64,000 nucleotides of DNA from Promethearchaeota archaeon (GCA_029838195.1 JALGVJ010000013.1:1-64000), one strand, 5' to 3'. Positions 41,061-52,208 are shown, counted from the first letter of the stretch. Translations and numbers: made by a program. Notes: generated by a model not told the origin, from the sequence alone.

Positions 41061-41984
41061 ATGAGTTCATCTATGAGCAAGGATAAATCCCGTAGAAATC
41101 CCCCTTCTTATAGAGATCTTCAACGTAAAATAGAAATTTCTCGAACGAAAAGAGACAATTTAAATAAGAAAACTAAAGAATATATCAACCAACTTCAAGA
41201 GATCGAAGATGATATTAACGAATCTCTTAAAATTGCCAGGGAAGAATATAAAAAGAAAAGAGATTACTGGAATGACAAGGTTAAAAAATTAAAAATAAAA
41301 AAGAATGAATATAAAAATCTATTAGAAACGCTCACCGAAGAGAGAAAAAAAATACTTAAAAAAAAAGGAGATCCAGCTTCCAAAAACAACTTTCTTACCA
41401 TTAAACAAATTGAACGTAAAATAGAAAACTTGGAAAGAAGAATAGAAACAGAAAATTTAGAAATTGCTGAAGAAAACGCTATCATTGATAAGATAAAAGA
41501 ATTGGCGAACAAGAAACAAGAAATCTTGAGTGAGCAATTAAATGATAATTTATACAAGATAGAACGTAAAATTGAAATCGTGAAAATCAATTTAAATAAA
41601 ATCTATGAACAACTAACCAAGTGGTCCAATAAATCTCAAGAATATCATAATAAAATGCTGGGACTGTATGATAAAGTCGACACTCTGAAAAAAGATAAAA
41701 AGCGTATCGAAGAAGAATTAATAGAGAACAAAAAAATGGCAGATCGATACCATGAAGAATTCATTACGCTAATGAATCAATTAAAAACCGTGTATAAGGG
41801 ACAACGGTTTAAAAGAACTACCCAGAGAAAAAGACCATTGAAAAAAGATAAAAGAAAAGATTTAAAGAAGGAATTAGAGAAAATAAAACAAGACAAATTG
41901 GCAGAAGCATTAGAAAAGCAGAAAGCTGGAAAGAAATTAAATATTTATGAAGTTCGACTCATTTTAGAGAAATCAAAAGGATAA
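41061..41984 (+). CDS. Archaeal coiled-coil protein (COG1340-like)
   Basis: Continuous K/E heptads; LE..IET..L...EE..II; C-terminal K.GKKL...E..L. Confidence 0.7.
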   Translation: MSSSMSKDKSRRNPPSYRDLQRKIEISRTKRDNLNKKTKEYINQLQEIEDDINESLKIAREEYKKKRDYWNDKVKKLKIKKNEYKNLLETLTEERKKILKKKGDPASKNNFLTIKQIERKIENLERRIETENLEIAEENAIIDKIKELANKKQEILSEQLNDNLYKIERKIEIVKINLNKIYEQLTKWSNKSQEYHNKMLGLYDKVDTLKKDKKRIEEELIENKKMADRYHEEFITLMNQLKTVYKGQRFKRTTQRKRPLKKDKRKDLKKELEKIKQDKLAEALEKQKAGKKLNIYEVRLILEKSKG

Positions 41985-42104
41985 ATTCGTTTTTCTCTTC
42001 AAGGGGAAGGGTCTGATAAATTAACTAAGGGGGGGATAAAATTTAAATAAATTTCCTTTATACTTTTTTTAATACTTAATTAAAAGTTATAGGTTTTTAT
42101 TAAA

Positions 42105-42839
42105 ATGCCAATTGAAGGCTTGACACTCTTAGACCTATTATTTGGGAGTTTTGGATTAATTTTCATGATTGTTTCCATAATAATTGGCTTGAAAATCGTT
42201 TCGAAATATTTTACATATAAACTTAAAGCTACCATTCCAGTTGGACTAACTTGGTTATTATTAAGCACGGCATGGTGGGGTGCTGCCATATCTTTCGTGT
42301 TATATCTAATTGCTGGCACGACGCTAAGTCTTTTTTATTATTTATTAGTGGATAATATTTTTCTTCCCATTGCTCTTCTGTGCTGGATCTATTCATTTGC
42401 CACCATAATGTATCCTCAAGTAAAACGAAAATTATTGATAATATATTCCGTAATTTGCCTTCCTTATGAGGTTCTCCTCCTCTCATTTTTAATTATCGAT
42501 CCAGAACTCGTGGGTACGAAAGAAGGCATTTTTAATTCTTCGAATGACCTATTTGTCTTAGTGTTCTTATTGTTCAGCATCGCAACTGCTCTGATTACCG
42601 GAATATTATTTGCTAGGAAATCCATGCAATCTGAAGATCCCAATATTCGATGGAAGGGGAGATTTCTATTAATAGCATTTATCTTTTTTACAATAGCGGG
42701 ATTATTAGACGCTGGAATTCCAACAACTCCCGTGACCTTGATCATTGCTAGATCAATTCTGATTTCTAGCGCATTTCTTTTCTATTTAGGATTTTTCTTA
42801 CCCGAAAAATTAGCCAATAAACTAGGGAAGAGGGAGTAA
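42105..42839 (+). CDS. Hypothetical membrane protein, about 7 TM helices
   Basis: Seven hydrophobic stretches; S.DP.IRWKGRFL motif. Confidence 0.7.
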   Translation: MPIEGLTLLDLLFGSFGLIFMIVSIIIGLKIVSKYFTYKLKATIPVGLTWLLLSTAWWGAAISFVLYLIAGTTLSLFYYLLVDNIFLPIALLCWIYSFATIMYPQVKRKLLIIYSVICLPYEVLLLSFLIIDPELVGTKEGIFNSSNDLFVLVFLLFSIATALITGILFARKSMQSEDPNIRWKGRFLLIAFIFFTIAGLLDAGIPTTPVTLIIARSILISSAFLFYLGFFLPEKLANKLGKRE

Positions 42840-43145
42840 TGATAAAAATTATTTTTTTTTCCATAATTTTATTTTAATCTGAATTCTCATTATAATTAAT
42901 GAAGTATGCGATCCGCGTGAATTTCTCAAAAATTTCCTTGTTTTCCATGGTTCTTTATGAGTTGTTCTTAAAAAAGCGTGAAAATAAAAGTAGAAATTTT
43001 TTTCCTGTTGAATTAAAACGATTTTGGAGGTTTTTCTATTGAAAATTAAATTTTTAAGGTTAAGGGATAAATATAAATGAATTAAATTTTAATTTCACTA
43101 TTTCTTTTTTATTTCCATCAATAATCATTAAAGAAATGACCAACA

Positions 43146-44474
43146 TTGAGTGAAAAATTAGAAAAAATACGATCGATTTTAATGAATCATCATGAGACCT
43201 TTAACCAATCCATTCCATTAATAGCATCGGAAAATATTACCAGTCCTGCTGTCCGAGAAGCTTGTAATTGCGATTTCTCTCATCGTTATGCAGAAGGCTG
43301 GGTAGGGCAAAGAGTTTATGCTGGTTGCAAATATATTGATGAGATTGAACAAATTTGTATCGATTTAGCAAAACAATATTTTAGATGCGTTCATGCGGAC
43401 GTGCGTCCGATATCCGGAGTAGTGGCGAATTTAGCATTATACAATGCTTTTACTTCAGAAAATGGTGGAAGGATGTGTGCCATGCCCATTCCGAAAGGAG
43501 GACATATCTCTCATGCTCCAAAAATCGCGAGTTCAGGACGTCCCATTTATGGAACGGCAGGCACGGTAAGGGGATTGGACGTGCGGTATTTAGCTTTTGA
43601 TGAAAAAAACATGAACATTGATGTAGATGGCTCAATAAAAATCATTCGTGAATTCAAACCAGAATTAATTTTATTTGGAGGATCCGTGTTTCTCTTTCCT
43701 CATCCCGTTAAAGAGTTAAGAAACGTAGCAAATGAAGTAGGAGCAAGCATCGGATATGATGCAGCACATGTTGCCGGACTCATAGGGTCAGGCTATTTCC
43801 AAGATCCATTGAGAGAAGGTGCAGATGCCATAGCCATCAGTACTCATAAGACTTTACCTGGACCTCAACACGGAGCAGTGCTCACGGATAGAGAAGATCT
43901 CATTGATGAGTTGAAAAATGCGGTATTTCCCGCATTAATGTCAAATCATCACCTTCATAATGTAGCGGGGTTAGCCATTGCGTTATTAGAAATGCTAGAG
44001 TTTGGAAAAGAATATCATAAAAAAGTAATTGAAAATGCTCAAACATTCGGAGAAGCTCTAGCTGAAGCAGGATTTAATGTACTCTGTGAACATTTGGGAT
44101 TCACGAAATCCCATCAAATAGTAGTGGACGTGTCCAACTTTCAAAAAGACGTGGGCTTGGGAGGAGATATTGAGAAACTCCTAGAAAAAGCAAATATCAT
44201 CATCAATAGAAATCTCTTACCCTGGGATATCCGAGAAGGCAGACATTACATGAATCCTGGTGGATTACGACTTGGAACTAGCGAAGTGACTCGCTTAGGA
44301 ATGGGAAAAAGCGAAATGAAGCAAATCGCCGAATTTTTTAAATCTTTAATCATTGATAAAAAAGACCCCAATAAAGTAAAAAAAGAAGTGGCAAAATTTA
44401 GAAGAGAATTTCAATCAGTAAAATATTGTTTTCAATCCACCAATTCTGCCTATGGATACTTAAAATTCTATTAA
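43146..44474 (+). CDS. glyA: Serine hydroxymethyltransferase (archaeal type)
   Basis: LIASEN, RYAEG, GGHISH, YDAAHVAGL, STHKTLPGPQ, GLRLGT.E.TR.G. Confidence 0.96.
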   Translation: MSEKLEKIRSILMNHHETFNQSIPLIASENITSPAVREACNCDFSHRYAEGWVGQRVYAGCKYIDEIEQICIDLAKQYFRCVHADVRPISGVVANLALYNAFTSENGGRMCAMPIPKGGHISHAPKIASSGRPIYGTAGTVRGLDVRYLAFDEKNMNIDVDGSIKIIREFKPELILFGGSVFLFPHPVKELRNVANEVGASIGYDAAHVAGLIGSGYFQDPLREGADAIAISTHKTLPGPQHGAVLTDREDLIDELKNAVFPALMSNHHLHNVAGLAIALLEMLEFGKEYHKKVIENAQTFGEALAEAGFNVLCEHLGFTKSHQIVVDVSNFQKDVGLGGDIEKLLEKANIIINRNLLPWDIREGRHYMNPGGLRLGTSEVTRLGMGKSEMKQIAEFFKSLIIDKKDPNKVKKEVAKFRREFQSVKYCFQSTNSAYGYLKFY

Positions 44475-44578
44475 ATTTTTTTCCTTTCTTTTTCCAATCG
44501 AGGCATAAAATTTAACTAGAATAAAGTATTTTATACCTCATCAACGTTTTTTATTACAATTATAACACGATTACGAAA

Positions 44579-45412
44579 ATGAATATCGAAATTCTCGAAA
44601 GAGATGAGCATTCTTTAACCTTCTTAGTGGAAGGAATTTCCATAGAAATGGCAAATGCCATAAGAAGAATCATCTTATCAGAAATTCCCGTAATGGCTAT
44701 AGATGAAGTTATCATTTTAAAAAATGACTCTGTCCTTTATGACGAAATCTTAGCGCATCGATTAGGTTTAATCCCTCTCACTACGGATTTGGAAACCTAT
44801 AAACTTCCTCAAGAATGTGAGTGTGGAGGGTATGGATGTCCTCTTTGCCAAGTTTCATTAACATGCGAAATCACGAATACTACTAACAGTCCTCTCATGA
44901 TCTATTCTCGGGATTTAAAATCCAATGATCCTAAAATTGTACCTGTAAGTCCTGATATTCCCATCATCAAGATTGATAAGAATGACAGCATCATTTTCGA
45001 AGCTTATGCCGTACTTGGAACTGCAAAGGAGCATGTAAAATGGCAAGCAGTATCTAACATTTTTTACAGATATTTACCGGACGTTTCCATCGATAGTGAG
45101 AGATGTAAAGATTGTTCTGATAAATGCGAAGGAGGAAAAATGTGTCCGGAGAGGCTTTTTCGATATTCCGAAAAGAATGCTCCTTCTTTAATCGAGGATT
45201 ACTGGAGATATTGCACGCTATGCGAGGCGTGTGCAAAAAACTGTCCGAATAAAGCTATTAATGTGAATTGGAAAGAGAACTCCTATATTTTTTCCATTGA
45301 AAGTGATGGTGTTTTACCATTCAATGTTTTAATCAAAAAAACTTTTGAAATTTTTTTAGAGAAACTAGATGAATTTGAAAACAAGCTCATGAACCTTCAA
45401 ATAGAGACATGA
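44579..45412 (+). CDS. rpoD: RNA polymerase subunit Rpo3 (D) with Zn and Fe-S motifs
   Basis: ANAIRR, NDSVLYDEILAHRLGLIP, CECGGYGCPLC, G.AKEH.KW, CTLCEACAKNCP, IESDG. Confidence 0.96.
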   Translation: MNIEILERDEHSLTFLVEGISIEMANAIRRIILSEIPVMAIDEVIILKNDSVLYDEILAHRLGLIPLTTDLETYKLPQECECGGYGCPLCQVSLTCEITNTTNSPLMIYSRDLKSNDPKIVPVSPDIPIIKIDKNDSIIFEAYAVLGTAKEHVKWQAVSNIFYRYLPDVSIDSERCKDCSDKCEGGKMCPERLFRYSEKNAPSLIEDYWRYCTLCEACAKNCPNKAINVNWKENSYIFSIESDGVLPFNVLIKKTFEIFLEKLDEFENKLMNLQIET

Positions 45413-45486
45413 AGCATCAAAAATTTATTAAAATATCCATGATTTAAACTATTAAACGATAATATTAACTGTGAATGTATTAAAAA

Positions 45487-45843
45487 ATGAGCCATCGAAT
45501 AACCGGGCCATCCAACTATTATCAGCGTAAACTGATAAGGGACTTATGGAAAACTAAAAAAAGAATCTGGAAAACCGTGTCAAAAAAGCTTAGTGGTCCC
45601 AGAAAAAATCGTGTTGAAGTCAATCTTTATAGAATAAACAAGAAGACGAAGGAAGGCGATGTTATAGTCGTTCCGGGAAAAGTTTTAGGCGTAGGAGAAT
45701 TGGATCATGAAATTACTATTGCGTGTTTAAATTGCTCGGAATCTGCTAGAACAAAAATATTATCTTCAGGAAGCAAGCTCTTGTCGATAGAAGAATTATT
45801 AGAACAAAATCCGAAAGGAAGTAATGTTAAAATCTTTTGTTGA
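45487..45843 (+). CDS. rpl18e: Ribosomal protein L18e
   Basis: IW..V...L..PR..R.EVNL, VVPGKVLG.G. Confidence 0.96.
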   Translation: MSHRITGPSNYYQRKLIRDLWKTKKRIWKTVSKKLSGPRKNRVEVNLYRINKKTKEGDVIVVPGKVLGVGELDHEITIACLNCSESARTKILSSGSKLLSIEELLEQNPKGSNVKIFC

Positions 45844-45869
45844 TAAAATTTGGTTAAGAGAGGTTTTAC

Positions 45870-46340
45870 ATGCCTGAATACATACTATTAGATGCTAAGG
45901 ATAAGATATTAGGTAGGTTTTGTAGCCAAGTGGCAAAAAAACTATTGTTAGGTCAGCATGTTGTGGTAATCAATGCAAAAGACGCCATTATTAGTGGAAA
46001 TAAGAGAGCCATTCATGAGAAATATTTAGCACGCTTGAAAATTCGAACAGCAACGAACCCACGGCGAGGTCCCTTTCATAAAAGGCGTCCTGATACGTTC
46101 ATGAGAAGGGTGATCAAACAAATGCTACCCCGCAAGAAACTTAGAGGAAAAGAAGCTCTTACTCGTGTTCACGTGTATATTGGAGATATTCCTGAGAGAT
46201 TTAAAAAAAGATATAATAAATTAATACATGGCGAAATAAAAAATGCAGATAAAAGGCGCCTTTCCTATTACAATAAATACATTACATTAGATAATTTATG
46301 TTCGAGAATTGGATGGAATAAGGAGAACATTGAGGTGTAA
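45870..46340 (+). CDS. rpl13: Ribosomal protein uL13
   Basis: DA...ILGR..S.VAK.LL.G, NP.RGPFH..RP, MLP.K..RG..AL. Confidence 0.96.
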   Translation: MPEYILLDAKDKILGRFCSQVAKKLLLGQHVVVINAKDAIISGNKRAIHEKYLARLKIRTATNPRRGPFHKRRPDTFMRRVIKQMLPRKKLRGKEALTRVHVYIGDIPERFKKRYNKLIHGEIKNADKRRLSYYNKYITLDNLCSRIGWNKENIEV

Positions 46341-46345
46341 AAATC

Positions 46346-46762
46346 ATGTCTGAAAAAGTTAAAATTATTCAAAGTTCAGGTAAACGAAAAACTGCCATTG
46401 CAAGAGCTACGTTAAGACATCCTGCAAAGGGCCAAATTAAGATTAACAATGTCCCTCTTCATTTATATGAACCCGAACTCGCCCGATTAAGAATTCAAGA
46501 AGTATTAGAGATAGGATATCATCCCAAATTAGATAAGTGTGATATTTCAATAAAAGTAAAAGGTGGAGGAATAATGGGACAGACAGATGCCGTCCGAATT
46601 GCCTTGGCAAGAATCATTACTAAATTTATAGGGACTAAAACCGTTGAACAGGCGTTTCGAGAATATCAAGACACCCTTTTATCAGGAGATTCAAGAAGAA
46701 CCGAACCGAAGAAATTTGGAGGCAAGAAAGCCAGAGCTCGCCGTCAAAAATCTTTTCGGTAA
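46346..46762 (+). CDS. rps9: Ribosomal protein uS9
   Basis: GKRKTAIARA, GGG..GQ, D.RR.EPKKFGG..ARAR.QKS.R. Confidence 0.97.
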   Translation: MSEKVKIIQSSGKRKTAIARATLRHPAKGQIKINNVPLHLYEPELARLRIQEVLEIGYHPKLDKCDISIKVKGGGIMGQTDAVRIALARIITKFIGTKTVEQAFREYQDTLLSGDSRRTEPKKFGGKKARARRQKSFR

Positions 46763-46786
46763 ACGTTTACTTTCCATCTCTTAACC

Positions 46787-48109
46787 TCATTTAAATTCTA
46801 TTTTTGCATTTAGTTTTTTTAAGTGTTCCGTGAAATTAGGATAAGAATCGTTTATTATTTCAATATTTTTTATTATCGTGCTAGTAGATGCACGAAGGGC
46901 GGCAATGGTACACGCCATGGCGATTCGATGATCATTATTATGATTAATCTCTGTTCCATTTAACTCCTTACATTGATGTATTATCATTTTATCCTCAAAT
47001 TCTTCTACTTTTACTCCCATTTTTCTTAATTCCCTTGCCATTACGGAAATACGATCGGATTCTTTTAATCGTAAACTTGTTGCATTGTATAGCGTAGTGT
47101 TCCCTCTTGCTTGTGTTCCCAAGACGCAAAGAATGGGGAATAAATCTGGAATGTCCTTACAATCGATATCGATTCCTTCTAAAGGATGCGTATCAATGTT
47201 TCCATTAATGAGGACGCGGTGGTTTTTTGAATCTACTTCAATTTCAGCTCCCATTTCTTTTAAAATTTCAATGATTTGCTTATCGCCTTGAGGTGTTTCA
47301 ATATCTAGATTGGAAATGACGACTTGTTCTTTTGAACTTAATACAGCCGCACATATTAAAAAGGCTGCGGAAGAAAAGTCGCCGGGAATTTCATATTCTC
47401 TCCCTTCTAATTCTTGATTCACGGGAATCCGAAAATAACCGGTTCTATCCTTTTTTAACACCTCCTGAACCTCACCTCCAAATGCGCTTAATACATCTTC
47501 AGTAATTTTAATATAAGGATAAGAAATGAGAGGAGAGATGATATTTATAATAATAGAATCTTTCTGAGCGCATTTAATCATGGGACACGTAATTAATAGA
47601 GCGGTAATGAACTGTGAGCTAATATCTCCTGGAATTGAAATGGACTTACATGATTCTTTTACTCGCTCAACATGTAAGATATCATCCGTTAACTTGTATG
47701 TAGCTCCTAAAGAATCAAGAGATTCCAAAAGAGGTCGAATGGGACGATTTTTCGCAAGAAATTCTCCGGTCAAAGTTAAGCCTCCTTCTACGAACAAGCT
47801 TATCGCACTAAACATCCTGATGGAGGTCCCGGAATTCTTACAATCCAATATTTTTTTACATGCTTTAAAAGGAAAGTCCTTTTTTTTTATTCGGTATCGA
47901 TAAGATGATAGTTCTTTTATTTCAACTCCCAGTTCCTTTAATATATTTATTGTTACTCCCACATCTCCGCTCGTTAAAGGGTTGATTAGGGTAGATGGAT
48001 CATTTGCGAGACTTGCAACTACAAAAGCTCGATGAGAATAGCTTTTAGAAGGAGGAGCTCTCACTTCGCCTCGCAAACAGTGAGAACCACCATTAATCTT
48101 TAAATCCAT
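46787..48109 (-). CDS. aroA: EPSP synthase
   Basis: PPSKSYSHR, NSGT..R, SSQF, PGDFSSAAF, IPDL, KESDR, DHRIAMA, SYPNF. Start probably at MDLKI. Confidence 0.95.
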   Translation of the reverse strand: MDLKINGGSHCLRGEVRAPPSKSYSHRAFVVASLANDPSTLINPLTSGDVGVTINILKELGVEIKELSSYRYRIKKKDFPFKACKKILDCKNSGTSIRMFSAISLFVEGGLTLTGEFLAKNRPIRPLLESLDSLGATYKLTDDILHVERVKESCKSISIPGDISSQFITALLITCPMIKCAQKDSIIINIISPLISYPYIKITEDVLSAFGGEVQEVLKKDRTGYFRIPVNQELEGREYEIPGDFSSAAFLICAAVLSSKEQVVISNLDIETPQGDKQIIEILKEMGAEIEVDSKNHRVLINGNIDTHPLEGIDIDCKDIPDLFPILCVLGTQARGNTTLYNATSLRLKESDRISVMARELRKMGVKVEEFEDKMIIHQCKELNGTEINHNNDHRIAMACTIAALRASTSTIIKNIEIINDSYPNFTEHLKKLNAKIEFK

Positions 48110-48195
48110 TAAATAATTTAAAATTGTATTGAATAAAATATTAATCACGAAGGATTAAAATAGAACGGAACGTAAAGGAAAAATAGTGAGTTAAA

Positions 48196-49299
48196 ATGGG
48201 TGATAATGTCCTCGGAACGCGTTTAAAAATAACGTCATTTGGTGAAAGTCATGGAGATGTTATTGGTATCGTATTAGATAGTATTCCCGCGGGATTAGAA
48301 ATAGATATGGACTACGTGCGCACGCAACTTCGGTATCGAAGGCCAGGACAATCTCGTTTGACTACAAACCGCACGGAACATGATGAACCCGTGATACTTT
48401 CAGGTGTTTTTAAAGGGAAAACCACGGGGGCTCCTCTCTGCATAATAATAAAAAACAAGGATGTAGATTCTTCTTCTTATGAAAAAAATAAATTTCGCCT
48501 AAGGCCTTCCCATTGCGATTTTTCCGCATGGAAACGATATGGAGGCCATGCGGATTATCGGGGCTCGGGAAGATTTTCCGGAAGAATAACGGCAGGATTT
48601 GTAATGGCGGGGTCAATTGCAAAACAAGTCTTAAAAAAATATAGCATCTTTATCTTCGCATATACGAAAAGCATAGGTGCCGTGACAGATGATAAAACTT
48701 ATATCATTGATGATTTAAGTAAATATCTCGAAAAAAGAGAACAATCACCAGTGAGAGCTCTAAATGATGAAAAATCAAAATTAATGGAAGAATTAATTGA
48801 GCATGTCAAAAAGGAGAATGATTCAATAGGGGGTACCATAAAATGCATGATATATAACGTACCCCCCGGCATCGGCAGTCCTGTATTTAACAACCTTGAA
48901 TCTAACATCAGTAAGGCAATCTTCTCGATTCCAGCTATTAAGGGTGTAGAATTTGGTGCCGGATTTAAAGCTTCTCTAATGAGAGGCTCCCAACATAATG
49001 ACCCTTGGATCATAAAAGATGGGGTAATTAAAACATCAAAAAATGATGCTGGAGGTATAATCGGGGGAATTTCCACGGGAATGCCCATTGAATTTACAGT
49101 TGCCGTGAAGCCTACTTCTACTATCGGAATCCCGCAAAATACAGTAGATATTGAAACCATGCAAGAAATTCAAGTAAAATTTGAGGGCCGTCATGACCCT
49201 TGCATCGTGCCGCGAGCGGTTGTCGTGGTGGAATCAATGGCCGCCATCGCTTTACTCGACCAAATGCTCATGGAAGGAAAAATACCTCTAGTTTTATGA
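48196..49299 (+). CDS. aroC: Chorismate synthase
   Basis: FGESHG, RRPGQS, TTG.P, RPSH.D, G.GRFSGR, GGI.GGISTG, GRHDPC..PRA. Confidence 0.97.
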   Translation: MGDNVLGTRLKITSFGESHGDVIGIVLDSIPAGLEIDMDYVRTQLRYRRPGQSRLTTNRTEHDEPVILSGVFKGKTTGAPLCIIIKNKDVDSSSYEKNKFRLRPSHCDFSAWKRYGGHADYRGSGRFSGRITAGFVMAGSIAKQVLKKYSIFIFAYTKSIGAVTDDKTYIIDDLSKYLEKREQSPVRALNDEKSKLMEELIEHVKKENDSIGGTIKCMIYNVPPGIGSPVFNNLESNISKAIFSIPAIKGVEFGAGFKASLMRGSQHNDPWIIKDGVIKTSKNDAGGIIGGISTGMPIEFTVAVKPTSTIGIPQNTVDIETMQEIQVKFEGRHDPCIVPRAVVVVESMAAIALLDQMLMEGKIPLVL

Positions 49300-49535
49300 A
49301 AAACATTAATCCTTAATAGAATCAAGTTTGCATTAGACGTCCTTGTATTTTTAGCAAGAGTGAAGGTAAAAACCTCTTGTTAAGAAAATTACTTAAGATT
49401 CCTTGAGGAGCTGCTTAAAGGAAAAAAATAAGAATTTTTAAAAGGTTCAAAGGATTAAAAAGCATGTGAATCAATTTATAAAAATTGCACTCCATGTGAA
49501 ATGAATATAAGGTGAAAATATAAAAGGCTAAAAAA

Positions 49536-49769
49536 ATGAACGAGAAAATTGATACATCCGGCCAATTTATTGAATTCTACAAAAAAAAAGGAGATTATTT
49601 GTATGAGCTTTCTCAGAATCACTTCATGAACAGAGAATATAAAAAGACTTTAGAATTATTGAATCAGGCTTATAGCATGTACGTGAAAGCGGGCGCAAAA
49701 GAAGATGCTGAAAGAATCAAGCAACGATTTAATCAAATTAAGGAAAAGTATTTAAAAAAAAAAAAATAA
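49536..49769 (+). CDS. Small TPR-like helical protein
   Basis: 77 aa with a helical pattern (Y.K..ELL.QA...Y.KAG); AGGTGA upstream. Confidence 0.55.
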   Translation: MNEKIDTSGQFIEFYKKKGDYLYELSQNHFMNREYKKTLELLNQAYSMYVKAGAKEDAERIKQRFNQIKEKYLKKKK

Positions 49770-49920
49770 AATCTTGAATCATGGTTTAAATGTTTATTTC
49801 CTCTATTTTTTGAATTTCGGATGTATTGTAATTGTTCTAACGAGAATCTCCTTGAGAATTTTCCCGTTAGTAATCATTAATGAAAGAAAAAGATAGCACC
49901 ACGAAAAATACCTTTAAAAC

Positions 49921-50415
49921 CTAAGAAATTAACCCCGCATTTTTCATGCCTTCCAAGATATTCTTTATATGGGTTCCCCTCCAAAAAATTTTACGACAAG
50001 CGGGATTTCGACATCGGTAAAAGATGTCATGATAATTAAAAGTAGCTTCTTCCACCTCTTTTTTAATACTCTCTTTATTTGTTATTAATTGTAATTTAGA
50101 ATTACATTTTGAGCATCTTGCTTTATCCATGGTAAAATCAAATTCTAAATTCAATTTTTCTTTTAATTGCTTTAAATAATTGTATACGCCTTCTCCTTTT
50201 ACGTAAATCGATATGGGGCGAGCTTTTTTGTAAAAGGAATAATCTCTTGTAATAAGGATTCTATTCTCTCTCAAGGCATGTTCTAATAACTTCTTGTCAG
50301 AAATGGGATTCATTCCATAATATTTCTCTAAATCATTCGCATAAAGGGTATCATGACCAAAAATTCTCAAAAATCGCGCGAGTCGACCTAACATCGCATC
50401 CACTAAAAACTTCAT
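49921..50415 (-). CDS. Mut7-C RNase (PIN-like) domain protein
   Basis: KFLVDAMLGRLARFLRI.G.DT, RILITRD, RC..CN, C..C.KIFW.GTH. Confidence 0.92.
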   Translation of the reverse strand: MKFLVDAMLGRLARFLRIFGHDTLYANDLEKYYGMNPISDKKLLEHALRENRILITRDYSFYKKARPISIYVKGEGVYNYLKQLKEKLNLEFDFTMDKARCSKCNSKLQLITNKESIKKEVEEATFNYHDIFYRCRNPACRKIFWRGTHIKNILEGMKNAGLIS

Positions 50416-50741
50416 GGAGTTTCTCAAGGATAAGAATGATAAGAGAAATAAATAAATATTTTCTTTTTATGAAATTTTATCGTTCCTTATCTTATAAAAA
50501 TTTAGCTAAATCTAAAAAAATCATCATGTCATTATAACCAATTTCATCTTTAAAACCTTCGGAGAAGAAGGGAAGACAATGGAAACGAATGGGGATTCCT
50601 ATTTAAAATTACGTCTTCCTTATTTTTTTCTCCTTAAATGAACGGCTACATTTCCATGTACGATTCATAAAAATTTATAATGATAAATGTCTTTTTATTC
50701 CACAATTAAAAGAAAAACCGCATGGAAGTGAAAAATAAATT

Positions 50742-51281
50742 TTGGACGCTAAACAACTCATGAAAAAAGCAGTAAAATTTCATGGACATGCATGTCCCGG
50801 TTTAGCTTTAGGTGTCATGGTCGCTAAATATATTCTAGAACACGGTAATGACTTTTCTATAGATGAAGAATTAGTTGCTGTCGTTGAAAATAATAACTGT
50901 TCGGTCGATGCCATTCAAGCATTAATTGGTACTACCTTCGGTAAGGGAAATTTAATTTTTCTCGATTTCGGAAAGAATAATTATACCATTTATAATCGAA
51001 CTCAAAAAAAAGGAATAAGAATTTCCTTAAAATCGAGTGGATTACGAAGCCGTGATATGTCTCGGGAAGAACGCATCGAACAATTGTTAAATTCTGCTCC
51101 GGAAGATGTGTTTGAAATCAAGCCTGTAGAATTTAATCCGCCAAAAGAAGCAGAGATCCATGAATCCATTCGCTGTGATAAATGTGGAGAACCGACCATG
51201 AGCACCCGCATTAAAATACATGAAAATAAAAAGTTATGCATTCCCTGTTATAATCAAATGGTGAACCGTTTAAATGAATGA
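50742..51281 (+). CDS. FmdE/FwdE family protein with C-terminal Zn finger
   Basis: FHGHACPGLA.G, C.VDAIQ...G.T.GKGNL, CDKCGE...CIPC. Confidence 0.92.
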   Translation: MDAKQLMKKAVKFHGHACPGLALGVMVAKYILEHGNDFSIDEELVAVVENNNCSVDAIQALIGTTFGKGNLIFLDFGKNNYTIYNRTQKKGIRISLKSSGLRSRDMSREERIEQLLNSAPEDVFEIKPVEFNPPKEAEIHESIRCDKCGEPTMSTRIKIHENKKLCIPCYNQMVNRLNE

Positions 51282-52035
51282 AACAGATCCACCAATCCTG
51301 CCTGGAGCAGGTCCTTTCTTTTTTGAGGGAAATGAAATTGGAATCTTGTTGCTTCATGGTGGTGGAGGAGGGACCTGCGCTGATTTAGAACCATTAGCTC
51401 GTGAGCTTCATGAATTAGGGGGATTTACGGTTTCTGTCCCCCTATTACCCGGTTACGGTCGCTCTCCCGAAATATTGAGAAAAACAACCGTGATGGAATG
51501 GAAAGAACACATAAAAAAAGAATTAAACCGTTTAAAAAAGAGCTGTAAAAAAATTTTCGTAGGAGGACACTCCATGGGTGGATTATTGACGCTCATTACT
51601 GCCAGCAAATTCGAGTTAAATGGCATCTTTCTTATTGGCACTCCCATTGGATTTGGAAGTAAACTTCCCTTACTTGTCCCTCTTTTGAAAGTGTTTATAA
51701 AGTACTATCCTGTAGGAGTTGAAGAATTAAAAAAAGAAACCCAGGGAAAATGGGTGGGATATGATAAAATTCCTTTAAATCTCGTAGGCAAGGTTAAAAA
51801 ATTAATGAAAGAAATGAAAACCGTGTTACCACGCATTACTATTCCCGTTTTAATAATGCAAGGACGCTTGGATACTGTGATAAAAAAAAACAGCCTGGAG
51901 TACATCTATAATAATATAAGTTCCAAGGAAAAAGAAAAAGTTTGGTTAGAGCATAGTGATCATCCCATTTTAGATTGTCCCGATCATGAGGTAATCGTCC
52001 AAAAGGTATATGACTTCATTAAAAAATATAGCTAG
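51274..52035 (+). CDS. Carboxylesterase (alpha/beta hydrolase)
   Basis: LLHG, LPGYG, GHSMGG, QG.LD, S.H. Confidence 0.9.
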   Translation: MNETDPPILPGAGPFFFEGNEIGILLLHGGGGGTCADLEPLARELHELGGFTVSVPLLPGYGRSPEILRKTTVMEWKEHIKKELNRLKKSCKKIFVGGHSMGGLLTLITASKFELNGIFLIGTPIGFGSKLPLLVPLLKVFIKYYPVGVEELKKETQGKWVGYDKIPLNLVGKVKKLMKEMKTVLPRITIPVLIMQGRLDTVIKKNSLEYIYNNISSKEKEKVWLEHSDHPILDCPDHEVIVQKVYDFIKKYS

Positions 52036-52208
52036 AAGATCTATTTTCTCTAATAAGAAAACCTTATTTCAAAACTCCAAAATATTTAAATAGTATCAGT
52101 AATGTCTTCTTTTTTACATGATATTTAAAAATTAAAAATCATGTCTAAAAGAACCTATTTTAAAAACACCATGAAATATCTTAACCAAAATAAAGGGTTT
52201 GAGTTTTA

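Noticed and set aside
45838-45846. rpl18e ending TGT-TGA-TAA, a possible Cys-Sec terminus
   Set aside because: L18e is complete at this length and is not a redox protein; no SECIS recognised; a tandem stop is the simpler reading.
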